Source of the DNA: Phyllobates terribilis
Lineage: Eukaryota
Direction: 5' to 3'
Length of the DNA: 63,949 nucleotides
NCBI RefSeq assembly: GCF_046119375.1
Contig: NW_027362772.1
Coordinates: 91,450,001 to 91,513,949 of the forward strand
Shown here: piece by piece, positions 1 through 10,900 of the stretch
Position numbering within the stretch: the stretch's first letter is position 1
How the letters are laid out: the number at the start of each line of letters is the position of its first letter
Position numbers and translations under genes: made by a program
The notes under the pieces: model-generated
Told to the model about the DNA's origin: nothing
The model's database searches: none
Seen by the model: the letters and a program-made list of their open reading frames with translations, nothing else

Positions 1-668
1 ACAAAAATTGTAAGACTCGTTTTGAGTTTACCAAACACTTGGGAGACACCCCAAAAGTACAGAGGAAGGTGCTGTGGTCAGATGAGACCAAAATTTAACT
101 TTTTGGCCACCAAGGTAAACACTATGTCTGGCGCCAAACCAACACAGCTCAACACCCCAAGAACACCATCCCCAAAGTGAAACATGATGGTGGCAGCATC
201 ATGCTGTGGGAATGTTTTTCGGCAGCAGGGACAAGGAAAATGGTCCGAGTCAAGGGAAAGATGGATGGTGCGAAATACAGGGATTTTCTGGAGCAAAACC
301 TGTTTGTCTGTCAGTGATTTGAGACTGGGACGGAGGTTCAGCTTCCAGCAAGACAATGACCCAAAGCTACTGCTAAAGCAACACTCGAGTGGTGTAAGGG
401 GAAACGTGGAAATGTTCTGGAGTGGCCGAGTCACAGCCCAGACCTTAATCCAATGGAGAACCTGTGGTCAGACGTGAAGATCGCTGTTCACCAGAGGAAA
501 CCATCTAACCTGAAGGAGCTGGAGCAGTTGTTCCTTGAGGAACGGGCAAAAATCCCAGTGGTCAGAGGTGGAAAGATCATAGAGACTTATCCAAAGCGAC
601 TGCAGCTGTAATTGCCGCAAAAGGAGGCTCCACAAAGTACTGACTGTAGGGGGGTGAATAGTTATGCA
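1..668 (+). mobile_element. Degraded Tc1/mariner transposon, 3' part (catalytic domain plus start of right inverted repeat); truncated by window start
   Basis: Frameshifted translation gives KVLWSDETK, FQQDNDPK and WPSHSPDLNPMENLW (DDE motifs), stop TGA at 641-643, then a GGGGGTGAATAGTTATGCA direct-repeat-like motif. Confidence 0.9.
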
Positions 669-1039
669 CACTGAAGTTTTCATTTATTTTGTCCTATTTG
701 TTGTTTACTTCACTCATCCCATCACTAAATGCCGTAAAGAGAGAAAAACAAAGGAAAAGGCAGAATTTTGATTTTCGTTTGTAGCATCTCCCTAAAATAA
801 GCAATAAAAGTGATGAAACGTCAGTGGAAAACGGGATCAGTAAAAACGTCCCTGCCCGCGCATCAGTGGAGCCGGACAGCAGCGCCCCCTCAGGGCAGTG
901 TCTGTAAATTTCAGTGTCACCAGAAACACAAAACCCAAAAAAAAACAGTGAGTTTTGTGACTCGCTGGTCGATGCGACACCTACAGAGAGCGGCGCTGAC
1001 TGACACAGCCCAAGAGGAAAAAAATGTCTCTGTTGCCCT

Positions 1040-1347
1040 TAACAGCCAATCAGAGCTCAGCTTTCATTTCTTAAACTGCTCAAGTAACAGGACACCCGCG
1101 CTGTGATTGGCTTGTGACTGCTTGTGGCTGTCGGCTTCCCGGCTCTACTACAGCTGTTTCCTGGGTGTACCAAAATGGCGCCGAAGACGGCTTCCTGGGT
1201 CTGATGACGTAAGAGGCGTGGTCTTCTATCACGTGTTGACGTCGGGGCGGGTGCACGTGTAATGACATGAGCGTGCTCGGTCACGTATGGCGCGTGCGCT
1301 GTAAAGCCCGGCGCTTGGCCTGATTTCCGGCGGCGGCTGAGCGGAAG
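1040..1347 (+). promoter_or_regulatory. SZRD1: CpG-rich SZRD1 promoter and 5' UTR
   Basis: CCAAT 1046-1050, YY1-type CAAAATGGCG 1171-1180, CRE-like TGACGTAA 1205-1212, CACGTG 1230-1235 and 1254-1259, GC box near 1244, NRF1-like GCGCGTGCGC 1290-1299, all directly upstream of the ATG. Confidence 0.7.
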
Positions 1348-1398
1348 ATGGAAGAAGATGAAGTCGCGGATAGCTGGGAGGAAGCGGCCGACAGCGGG
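1348..1398 (+). CDS. SZRD1: SZRD1 coding exon 1
   Basis: [17 protein letters not shown], donor GTGAGC at 1399, phase 0. Confidence 0.96.
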
Positions 1399-4300
1399 GT
1401 GAGCGGAGGCGGGGAGCGGGCGGAGGCTGTGAGACCGCGGAGTGCGCCGGGAGGAGGGCGGGCCTTGTGTGCGCGGGTGGAGCGGAGCACGCCGGCATCA
1501 CTGCTCCCTGCGGACCGGCGCCCTGCTCTGTGTGCTGCTGTCCTGAGGCCGCACAGCATCCGGGGTCACCGGAGCCCCTGCGGACCAGAGCCCCGGGACG
1601 TGTCCGCCCCTGCGGGTGTGACTGTCACCAGGAGCCCTGAGCGCACAGGGCAGCCATGACTATGGCCAGCAGAGGGTCCGAGACCTGAGAGGAGAGCGCC
1701 CCCCGCAGGAACTGGACTAGTGAACGTGTGCACCACAGACCCCCCTGGTGTCCGCCTGCCCTCTTTTTTTTTCTCTCCCCCGCCCGGTGTCTGCGGTGCC
1801 GCCCGCCTGCCCTCTTTCCTCCCCCCCTCCTGTGGCCGCCCGCCTGCCCTCTTTCCTCCCCCCCTCCTGTGGCCGCCCGCCTGCCCTAACCTCCCCCCCC
1901 CCCCCCCCTGGTGTCCGCCTGCCCTCTTTTTTTCTCTCCCCCGCCCGGTGTCTGCGGTGCCGCCCACCTGCCCTCTCCCCCCCCCCCCCCTCCTGTGGCC
2001 GCCCGCCTGCCCTCTTTCCTCCCCCCCTCCTGTGGCCGCCCGCCTGCCCTAACCCCCCCCCCCCCGGTGTCCGCCTGCCCTCTTTCCTCCCCACTCCTGT
2101 GGCCGCCCGCCTGCCCTCTTTCCTCCCCCCTCCTGTGGCCGCCTGCCCTCTTTTTTTCTCTCCCCCGCCCGGTGTCTGCGGTGCCGCCTGCCTGCCCTAA
2201 CCCCTCCACCCCCCCCCCCCCCCCTGGTGTCCGCCTGCCCTCTTTTTTTCTCTCCCCCGCCCGGTGTCTGCGGTGCTGCCCGCCTGCCCTCTTTCCTCCC
2301 CCCCCCCCCCCCCCCCCCCCTTCCCCGGTGGCTGCCCGCCTGCCCTCCTTTTTTTTTTTTTTTTCCCCCCGGGGGCCACACACATGCCCTCCCTCCGTTA
2401 CTCCCTTTGTTTTCTGTGGGTGAGGAGTTTGCAGCATGTCGCCCGGTTTGGGGTGTGCAGCCCTTCGTATCTGCAGGCTCCGGGTGATGGCGGCTATTTA
2501 TAGTGCGCCCCCTGTAGGAGCGGCCGCAGATATTTATACCTCTATGTATCTGTCACTTTATTTGGCAGAGGAGTCGCACTGAAGTCCTGAGCTGCAGCCA
2601 AGTCATGTGACCTGACACCCGAGGGTCGGCGCTGCTACCAGGGGGGGGCGCTCACCAGCCGATGCTGGGAGTTGTAGTCTAGCTTAACCCCTTCCTGATG
2701 TGTGTGGTGCTGAGGTCGCTCCGTACACAGTTGTGCCGGCTGTATAGCTGCAGCTGAACCTCTTTGTTGCCACGGCCATTAGTGACTGCAACATCCTAAG
2801 GTTTATATACAACAGGAGGCACTGAGATTCCTATAGGTCGTCGTGGCAGCTGCGGACCCTCAGCCGGCTCCTGTGATCGCAGGTTCCTGGGTGGGTGTAA
2901 TAATAGGCAGAAATTCACTACAGATCGACCACTTTAATATAAGATATCCCTGAGCAAGGAAAGCGGCTGCGCTCCAGAAAGTCAGATGTGTGAGACTTGT
3001 ACACTGAAACGCAGACTCTGCTCACAGCAGCATTTATCTCTTCCAGGAAATAGATCGACGGTTAGAGAAGAAGCTGCGGATAACAGAAAGGGAGAGGTAA
3101 GAGCCGAGCGTGACTGCACCAGCAGAATAGTGAGTGCAGCTCTGGAGTATAATACAGGATGTAACTCAGGATCAGTAATGTAATGTATGTACACAGTGAC
3201 TGCACCAGCAGAATAGTGAGTGCAGCTCTGGAGTATAATACAGGAGGTAACTCAGGATCAGTAATGTAATGTATGTACACAGTGACTGCACCAGCAGAAT
3301 AGTGAGTGCAGCTCTGGAGTATAATACAGGAGGTAACTCAGGGTCAGTAATGTAATGTATGTACACAGTGACTGCACCAGCAGAATAGTGAGTGCAGCTC
3401 TGGAGTATAATACAGGATGTAACTCAGGATCAGTAATGTAATGTATGTACACAGTGACTGCACCAGCAGAATAGTGAGTGCAGCTCTGGAGTATAATACC
3501 GGATGTAACTCAGGATCAGTAATGTAATGTATGTACACAGTGACTGCACCAGCAGAATAGTGAGTGCAGCTCTGGAGTATAATACAGGATGTAACTCAGG
3601 ATCAGTAATGTAATGTATGTACACAGTGACTGCACCAGCAGAATAGTGAGTGCAGCTCTGGAGTATAATACAAGAGGTAACTCAGGATCAGTAATGTAAT
3701 GTATGTACACAGTGACTGCACCAGCAGAATAGTGAGTGCAGCTCTGGAGTATAATACAGGATGTAACTCAGGATCAGTAATGTAATGTATGTACACAGTG
3801 ACTGCACCAGCAGAATAGTGAGTGCAGCTCTGGGGTATAATACAGGACGTAACTCAGGATCAGTAATGTAATGTATGTACACAGTGACTGCACCAGCAGA
3901 ATAGTGAGTGCAGCTCTGGAGTATAATACAGGATGTAACTCAGGATCAGTAATGTAATGTATGTACACAGTGACTGCATCTGCAGAATAGTGAGTGCAGC
4001 TCTGGAGTATAATACAGGAGGTAACTCAGGATCAGTAATGTAATGTATGTACACAGTGACTGCATCTGCAGAATAGTGAGTGCAGCTCTGGAGTATAATA
4101 CAGGATGTAACTTATTGGAATCAGTGTCTTTCACTCAATAGTGCTCCTCTGTCTGCTCCTCCTGGCAGCCAGTTTGATCAGTGTTGGGTCAGGCTTCTAA
4201 TGAAGTGCTGTTTTCTCCTCCAGTCTCCCTTGTCGTTGTGCTGTCAGTCGGCGGTGCCAATCCTTCATTTGTGACTTTCCTGGTTTTTATATTCTTTCTT

Positions 4301-4835
4301 TCTTCAGCAGGAAATCTAAGTCTCCTCAGAAAGCTCCGGTGGTTATTCAGGACGACTCTCTCCCGGCGGGCCCTCCTCCGCAAATCAGGATCCTTAAGAG
4401 GCCTACAAGCAACGGATTGTCCGGTAACCCTAATGCCAGCAGCCGGCCGGCCGTCCCTTTGAAGACCTTGGCTCAGAGGGAGGCGGAGTACGCAGAGGCC
4501 AGGAAACGTATCCTCGGCAGCGCCAGTCCGGAGGAGGAGCCGGAGAAGCCTATAGTGGACCGGTGAGTGGTTCCGAGGCAGCGCTGCCGCCATTCATGGC
4601 CTCTGCAGGGCCCTATGGCTATTACAGGGGCCCCGAAGATCGTCAGCCTCTCTGGCTGCCTCGGTGGTGGATGTGGCTCCTCACTGATGGTACAATGGAC
4701 GCCGCGCTGACGCTCACTCTCTTGTCTTTCAGGCCTATCCGGATCAACCAGTCGGAGGACAGCAGACCTTCCAATGATGTGATCCGGCAGCCGCTGGGTC
4801 CCGACGGTTCACAGGGTTTCAAACAGCGCAGATAG
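1348..4835 (+). CDS. SZRD1: SUZ RNA-binding domain-containing protein 1; join(1348-1398,3047-3096,4308-4562,4733-4835), 152 aa
   Basis: Spliced translation [38 protein letters not shown]...[20 protein letters not shown]...[18 protein letters not shown]...[16 protein letters not shown] matches vertebrate SZRD1; 459 nt, GT-AG introns. Confidence 0.97.
1741..2390. repeat. C-rich complex minisatellite in SZRD1 intron 1
   Basis: Recurring GGCCGCCCGCCTGCCCTCTTT and CCCGGTGTCTGCGGTGCCG units with variable poly-C/poly-T runs; G-tracts on the minus strand. Confidence 0.9.
3047..3096 (+). CDS. SZRD1: SZRD1 coding exon 2
   Basis: TTCCAG acceptor, [16 protein letters not shown], donor GTAAGA at 3097. 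Confidence 0.96.
3110..4111. repeat. 86-bp tandem repeat, about 11.6 copies, SZRD1 intron 2
   Basis: Unit GTGACTGCACCAGCAGAATAGTGAGTGCAGCTCTGGAGTATAATACAGGATGTAACTCAGGATCAGTAATGTAATGTATGTACACA; starts at 3110, 3196 ... 4056. Confidence 0.98.
4308..4562 (+). CDS. SZRD1: SZRD1 coding exon 3 (SUZ domain); tandem acceptor at 4308 or 4311
   Basis: TTCAGCAG acceptor, [16 protein letters not shown]...EKPIVDR, donor GTGAGT at 4563. Confidence 0.96.
4733..4835 (+). CDS. SZRD1: SZRD1 coding exon 4 (SUZ-C motif, stop)
   Basis: CTTTCAG acceptor, [33 protein letters not shown]. Confidence 0.96.
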
Positions 4836-5565
4836 ATGTACCTGGAGAATGCCGCCATGGGCCACACCGGCCTGTCACACCAATGGACACGAGCAGAGGG
4901 AGTCGCCTCATTTACTTGCACTTTGATGACCTTTTGCTCCGCCCACTGTGACCTTAAACCCCGTGCACTGTGACCCCCTTTCCGCCACCCTTGTAGCTCC
5001 GACCACTGTGACCGGCACACCGCCACATGCTGCCCTAGGTCTTATCACAAGGGCAGGCGTGCGCGTGTGCAGAGGATGGGTGGGGAGGGAGCAGGCAGAG
5101 TTGGGGGCGCCTCGTGCCTGCAACTGCCACTTCTACGGAAGTTACCGCCAGCAATAACGTTCTGTGAGTCCTGTCTGTGGGGGGCGCGGGGCTCGTGTCC
5201 CCTCCCCTTGTCATGAGTTTCCTTTGAGTGCATGTCTGCCTCCTCGCTGCTGAGGACGTTCTCGGTGCACACCGGGGCCCCTCTCCTCAGGTGTCGTGTT
5301 CATGAGCCAGTTTTAATTAAGAGATTATTTTAGCAGAGTGTCTTTCTAGTATTATGGAGCGGCCGCCATTGCTGTGTGTTATCAGGCGCTTTTGTGTGAT
5401 GACCGGTGGCGGTCCAGTGCTTAGGATCGCAGGGTCTGTTCTGAGCCCTGGTGCAGTGAGGGGGTTAATGCCTGTGCTGTCCCGAGATCAGAAGGAGATA
5501 TGGAAGAGAGCGGGTGTTTTTATTTTTTCGCATGGTTTGGAAGTGATTTCCCCATAGTGACGACA

Positions 5566-5768
5566 GGGTGCGGTGCTGCCGCAGACACCCGGAGGCGGTG
5601 GACGGTGGGTGCGGTGCTGCAGCAGACACCCGGAGGCGGTGGACGGTGGGTGCGGTGCTGCAGCAGACACCCGGAGGCGGTGGACGGTGGGTGCGGTGCT
5701 GCAGCAGACACCCGGAGGCGGTGGACGGTGGGTGCGGTGCTGCAGCAGACACCCGGAGGCGGTGGACG
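5566..5768. repeat. 41-bp tandem repeat x5 in putative SZRD1 3' UTR
   Basis: Unit GGGTGCGGTGCTGCAGCAGACACCCGGAGGCGGTGGACGGT at 5566, 5607, 5648, 5689, 5730. Confidence 0.95.
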
Positions 5769-6037
5769 ATATGGAAGGTGGTGGGGTCTTTTCTGGCAGT
5801 TTTTTGGACGTTTTGTGCACTGAATTGGATGAAACTTGTAGAGTCCAGATCCAAACTGCGTTCAATGGAGCGTTAATGTCTACGTTATCTGTCACGTGAC
5901 TGCACCATCTGCTCCGCCTCCCGCGGTGGCCATGTTGTACGGAGGACCCTGAATGATCTGGGTGGAGGGATGACCTATTCATGTGCACGGACCGTGCGTC
6001 CTCCGGCTCGCTGCGCTCTCTTGCTGGTTTGTGTATG

Positions 6038-6045
6038 TGTACATA
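6038..6045 (+). promoter_or_regulatory. Candidate Pumilio response element in SZRD1 3' UTR
   Basis: TGTACATA (UGUANAUA) within a U/A-rich patch. Confidence 0.4.
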
Positions 6046-6447
6046 TATATATTTTTTTCATTTTATAATCATGGGTTTCATGTATAATTATCCCTGAAAG
6101 ATCAGGTCCCTACGATGCCAAAATGTCCCTGCGGGCCGCTGTGTGCCCGCCGGGTGCCGGAGGTGAACAGACAAGAGGGAGGTGCCTTATATAAGACGAA
6201 GCTACTGAGCATTCCCCATAGATCACGGCCTCATCCATGTACTGGACCCGTCGCTGACAGTGGCACAGCAGGCCATCAGTGGGTTAATAGTGGTGTGGTT
6301 CTGGACGAGGTCTTCCGCAGCTCCTCACGGGACGGGCCCGCCGTTATTACACTTCCGCTCTTCTGATGTGTGAATGTTTTAGTAGCTCTTTTATATAAGT
6401 CAGAGATTTGTAACGATGAATTTCGCATCTGGAGAAACGTCGGCCTT

Positions 6448-6453
6448 AATAAA
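6448..6453 (+). terminator. SZRD1: Candidate proximal polyadenylation signal for SZRD1
   Basis: AATAAA downstream of a U-rich UTR segment. Confidence 0.4.
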
Positions 6454-7066
6454 GAATGTAAATTGTCGCCATCCACGGGAACGTCTGCAGAGCGTCTCTA
6501 CCGCGTCGGGGGGCTTCAGTCATATCCGGGCCTATCCTCCGCTCACCTCCAGAGCTGCGGTTATTCTGCTGCAGGTATTTCATTACTATGACTTGTAGTA
6601 AACTAAAGCGTGGGTGAGCTGACGGCCTCCTACGTGCAGCCACAACGGTGGCTGCTGCTCTGGATGTGACTAGAGAGACTATGGGGGTCAGTACAGTAAG
6701 TAGAGAGGAGGATCTGGTTCTGCCACGGACGGGAATGAATATCTGCTGTTCTTGCAGCACCCCCTCTGTCCGTGTATGGTACTGCAGACCACCTGACGCA
6801 GCCATGGCGCTGTCTATAGATATAGACAGCGGCTCGTCTGTTCCTGGACGTTCAGTCTACAGCACTGGTCTTGATCCGCCGCTCCGTGTAGTCACGTGTC
6901 CGCTAGGACGGCCCCTGACTGACCCGAATCTTCAGTATTAGCGGCGTCCGCTTTCCCGGGGGGAAGGGGCATTTATTGTATGTTCAGTCCTGAATCTCCC
7001 GTGTTTCTGGAGGGGCAGCGCCGCTCCCGGTTTACAGAATCCGGAAGATTAATTTCACTCTTTCTA

Positions 7067-7072
7067 AATAAA
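7067..7072 (+). terminator. SZRD1: Candidate distal polyadenylation signal for SZRD1
   Basis: AATAAA followed by GU-rich GTGTCGTGTGATTT. Confidence 0.55.
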
Positions 7073-7659
7073 CGAGTGTCGTGTGATTTCCACCAATGTC
7101 CTCTGCATATTGTTGTGGGGGGGGGGGGGGGTCTGTTGCACGCTTTTGTCTGTCCCCTCTCCCCCTGCTGCGCGCTCTTGTCCGTGCCCCCGCCCCGCCC
7201 TGGAGACTGGGGTGTTAAAGAGCTGCACATCGCCTGCACCTCTCACCCCTAGGACCTGGGCTGGGGGCAGAGACCACCAAGTCAGACCCCACGTCCTCAT
7301 GGCACTAATCTGTCGATGTGAAGGGGTCCGATTCAATACGAGCCGTCGTCTCGTTCCTCACCCGCGGGCGGGGGCTCCGCTCCTGGTTTTGCAGCACAGC
7401 GGGTTCTGGAGCCGTTGGACGATGCGCTGACGTCTTGGCACAGATTCAGACGCTGCGGTTTTGGCGGCGCGGACACTGATGTCTACAAGCCTCGTCGATG
7501 AACAGCGCAGGCAGAGAAACCGCTAATAATGGTGATGGCGCTACGCCCGGACCGTCCCTCCTCACCTGGCGCCAGGTGTCCAGATTCTCCTCCATAGCGG
7601 ATACAAGTAATGATGTAAATCACGGACCGTCATCCTCATCCACAGCGTTCAGGGAAGCA

Positions 7660-7888
7660 GGGAGTGTTGCCATAGGGACAGATTCCAGGGGTCTGGCTGC
7701 AGAGCTCACTGCTGCCCCCTGGAGCGGACTATGTGCTTGTGCAGGAGCCTTTGCTGCTTCTCACCCAGTGATGTAGGCGGGGATGTCCCTGCAGTTACCT
7801 GAGGCGCCCGCCTGGCGGTGTCAGCTGCTGTGACGACGCTCTGACTTCCCGGTGACCATAGAGCTGGCGGAAGTCCGGGTGTAGTGAG
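7660..7888 (+). promoter_or_regulatory. NECAP2: NECAP2 proximal promoter and 5' UTR
   Basis: ETS motif CGGAAGT near 7868, ACTTCCCGG, YY1-like AGATGGCGG over the ATG, RFX-like half site GTTGCCATAG at 7666. Confidence 0.55.
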
Positions 7889-7980
7889 ATGGCGGACGGC
7901 GAATACGAGTCGGTGTTGTGTGTGAAGCCGGAAGTTCACGTTTACCGGATTCCTCCCCGATCGTCCAACCGGGGCTACAG
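7889..7980 (+). CDS. NECAP2: NECAP2 exon 1
   Basis: [31 protein letters not shown], donor GTGAGT at 7981. Confidence 0.96.
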
Positions 7981-10900
7981 GTGAGTGCGGGGCGGGGACT
8001 CCGGGGAGGAGCCGCTGTTACCGGGTAACCCGTGTCCTCTCCACAGAGCGGCGGAATGGCAGCTGGACCAACCGGCCTGGAGCGGCCGCCTCCGCATCAC
8101 CGCCCGGGGGAAGATGGCGTACATCAAGCTGGAGGACCGGAGCTCCGGTGAGGAGGGGAAACCGGGGAGCGTAATAACGGGACAGGAGCCTAATAACGGG
8201 ATGATGAGGGAAGAGGAGCCCGACAGCAAACGGCAGGGGGAGAGGAGCAGGATAACGAGGGGAGAGGAGCGGGATAACGAGGGGAGAGGAGCAGGATAGC
8301 GGGATAACGAGGGGAGAGGAGCAGGATGGTGAGGGGAGAGGAGCAGGATAGCGGGATAACGAGGGGAGAGGAGCAGGATAGCAGGATGGTGAGGGGAGAG
8401 GAGCAGGATAGCGGGATAACGAGGGGAGAGGAGCAGGATAGTGGGATGGTGAGGGGAGAGGAGCAGGATAGTGGGATAACGAGGGGAGAGGAGCGCGACG
8501 GCGGGATAACGAGGGGAGAGGAGCAGGATAGTGGGATAACGAGGGGAGAGGAGCAGGATAGTGGGATGGTGAGGGGAGAGGAGCAGGATAGCGGGATAAC
8601 GAGGGGAGAGGAGCAGGATAGCAGGATGGTGAGGGGAGAGGAGCAGGATAGCAGGATGGTGAGGGGAGAGGAGCAGGATAGCGGGATAACGAGGGGAGAG
8701 GAGCAGGATAGTGGGATGGTGAGGGGAGAGGAGCAGGATAGTGGGATAACGAGGGGAGAGGAGCAGGATAGCAGGATGGTGAGGGGAGAGGAGCAGGATA
8801 GTGGGATAACGAGGGGAGAGGAGCAGGATAGTGGGATGGTGAGGGGAGAGGAGCAGGATAGCGGGATAACGAGGGGAGAGGAGCAGGATAGCAGGATGGT
8901 GAGGGGAGAGGAGCAGGATAGCAGGATGGTGAGGGGAGAGGAGCAGGATAGTGGGATAACGAGGGGAGAGGAGCAGGATAGTGGGATGGTGAGGGGAGAG
9001 GAGCAGGATAGTGGGATGGTGAGGGGAGAGGAGCAGGATAGTGGGATGGTGAGGGGAGAGGAGCAGGATAGCGGGATAACGAGGGGAGAGGAGCGCGACA
9101 GCGGGATATCGAGGGGAGAGGAGCAGGATAGCAGGATGGTGAGGGGAGAGGAGCAGGATAGCAGGATGGTGAGGGGAGAGGAGCAGGATAGCAGGATGGT
9201 GAGGGGAGAGGAGCAGGATAGCAGGATGGTGAGGGGAGAGGAGCAGGATAGCAGGATGGTGAGGGGAGAGGAGCAGGATAGCGGGATGGTGAGGGGAGAG
9301 GAGCAGGATAGCGGGATGGTGAGGGGAGAGGAGCAGGATAGTGGGATGGTGAGGGGAGAGGAGCGCGACGGCGGGATAACGAGGGGAGAGGAGCGCGACA
9401 GCGGGATAACGAGGGGAGAGGAGCAGGATAGCGGGATAACGAGGGGAGAGGAGCAGGATAGCAGGATGGTGAGGGGAGAGGAGCAGGATAGCGGGATAAC
9501 GAGGGGAGAGGAGCAGGATAGTGGGATGGTGAGGGGAGAGGAGCAGGATAGTGGGATAACGAGGGGAGAGGAGCAGGATAGTGGGATGGTGAGGGGAGAG
9601 GAGCAGGATAGTGGGATGGTGAGGGGAGAGGAGCAGGATAGTGGGATGGTGAGGGGAGAGGAGCAGGATAGCGGGATAACGAGGGGAGAGGAGCGCGACA
9701 GCGGGATATCGAGGGGAGAGGAGCAGGATAGCAGGATGGTGAGGGGAGAGGAGCAGGATAGCAGGATGGTGAGGGGAGAGGAGCAGGATAGCAGGATGGT
9801 GAGGGGAGAGGAGCAGGATAGCAGGATGGTGAGGGGAGAGGAGCAGGATAGCAGGATGGTGAGGGGAGAGGAGCAGGATAGCAGGATGGTGAGGGGAGAG
9901 GAGCAGGATAGCGGGATGGTGAGGGGAGAGGAGCAGGATAGTGGGATGGTGAGGGGAGAGGAGCGCGACGGCGGGATAACGAGGGGAGAGGAGCAGGATA
10001 GCGTGATGGTGAGGGGAGAGGAGCGCAACAGCGGGATAACGAGGGGAGAGGAGCAGGATAAGCGGGATGGTGAGGGGAGAGGAGCGCGGCAGCGGGATAA
10101 CGAGGGGAGTGGAGCGCGACGGCGGGATAACGAGGGGAGAGGAGCAGGATAGTGGGATAACGAGGGGAGAGGAGCAGGATAGCAGGATGGTGAGGGGAGA
10201 GGAGCGCGACGGCGGGATAACGAGGGGAGAGGAGCGCGACGGCGGGATAACGAGGGGAGAGGAGCGCGACGGCGGGATAACGAGGGGAGAGGAGCGCGAC
10301 GGCGGGATAACGAGGGGAGAGGAGCGCGACGGCGGGATAACGAGGGGAGAGGAGCGCGACGGCGGGATAACGAGGGGAGAGGAGCAGGATAGCAGGATGG
10401 TGGGATGGTGAGGGGAGAGGAGCAGGATAGTGGGATAACGAGGGGAGAGGAGCGTAATAACGGGATAATGAGGGAAGAGGAGCAGGACGGCAGGGGGAGA
10501 GGAGCAGGATAGCAGGATGGTGAGGGGAGAGGAGCAGGATAGCGGGATAACGAGGGGAGAGGAGCGCGACAGCGGGATAACGAGGGGAGAGGAGCAGGAT
10601 AGCAGGATGGTGAGGGGAGAGGAGCAGGATAGTGGGATGGTGAGGGGAGAGGAGCAGGATAGTGGGATGGTGAGGGGAGAGGAGCAGGATAGCGGGATAA
10701 CGAGGGGAGAGGAGCGCGACAGCGGGATATCGAGGGGAGAGGAGCAGGATAGCAGGATGGTGAGGGGAGAGGAGCAGGATAGTGGGATAACGAGGGGAGA
10801 GGAGGAGGATAGCAGGATAACGAGGGGAGAGGAGCGCGACGGCGGGATAACGAGGGGAGAGGAGCGCGACGGCGGGATAACGAGGGGAGAGGAGCAGGAT

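Noticed and set aside
700-1250. Divergent FBXO42 first exon or bidirectional promoter
   Set aside because: FBXO42 is the divergent neighbour in human as I recall, but I found no convincing minus-strand donor or coding signal here.
3110-4111. Regular repeats resembling a CRISPR array
   Set aside because: Head-to-tail units with no unique spacers, no cas genes, and a eukaryotic intron context. The same applies to all other arrays.
4563-4732. 90-aa ORF 4563-4835 as an extended SZRD1 exon
   Set aside because: It begins at the GT donor (GTG start) and intron retention gives CGG TGA, an immediate stop. Only 4733-4835 is coding.
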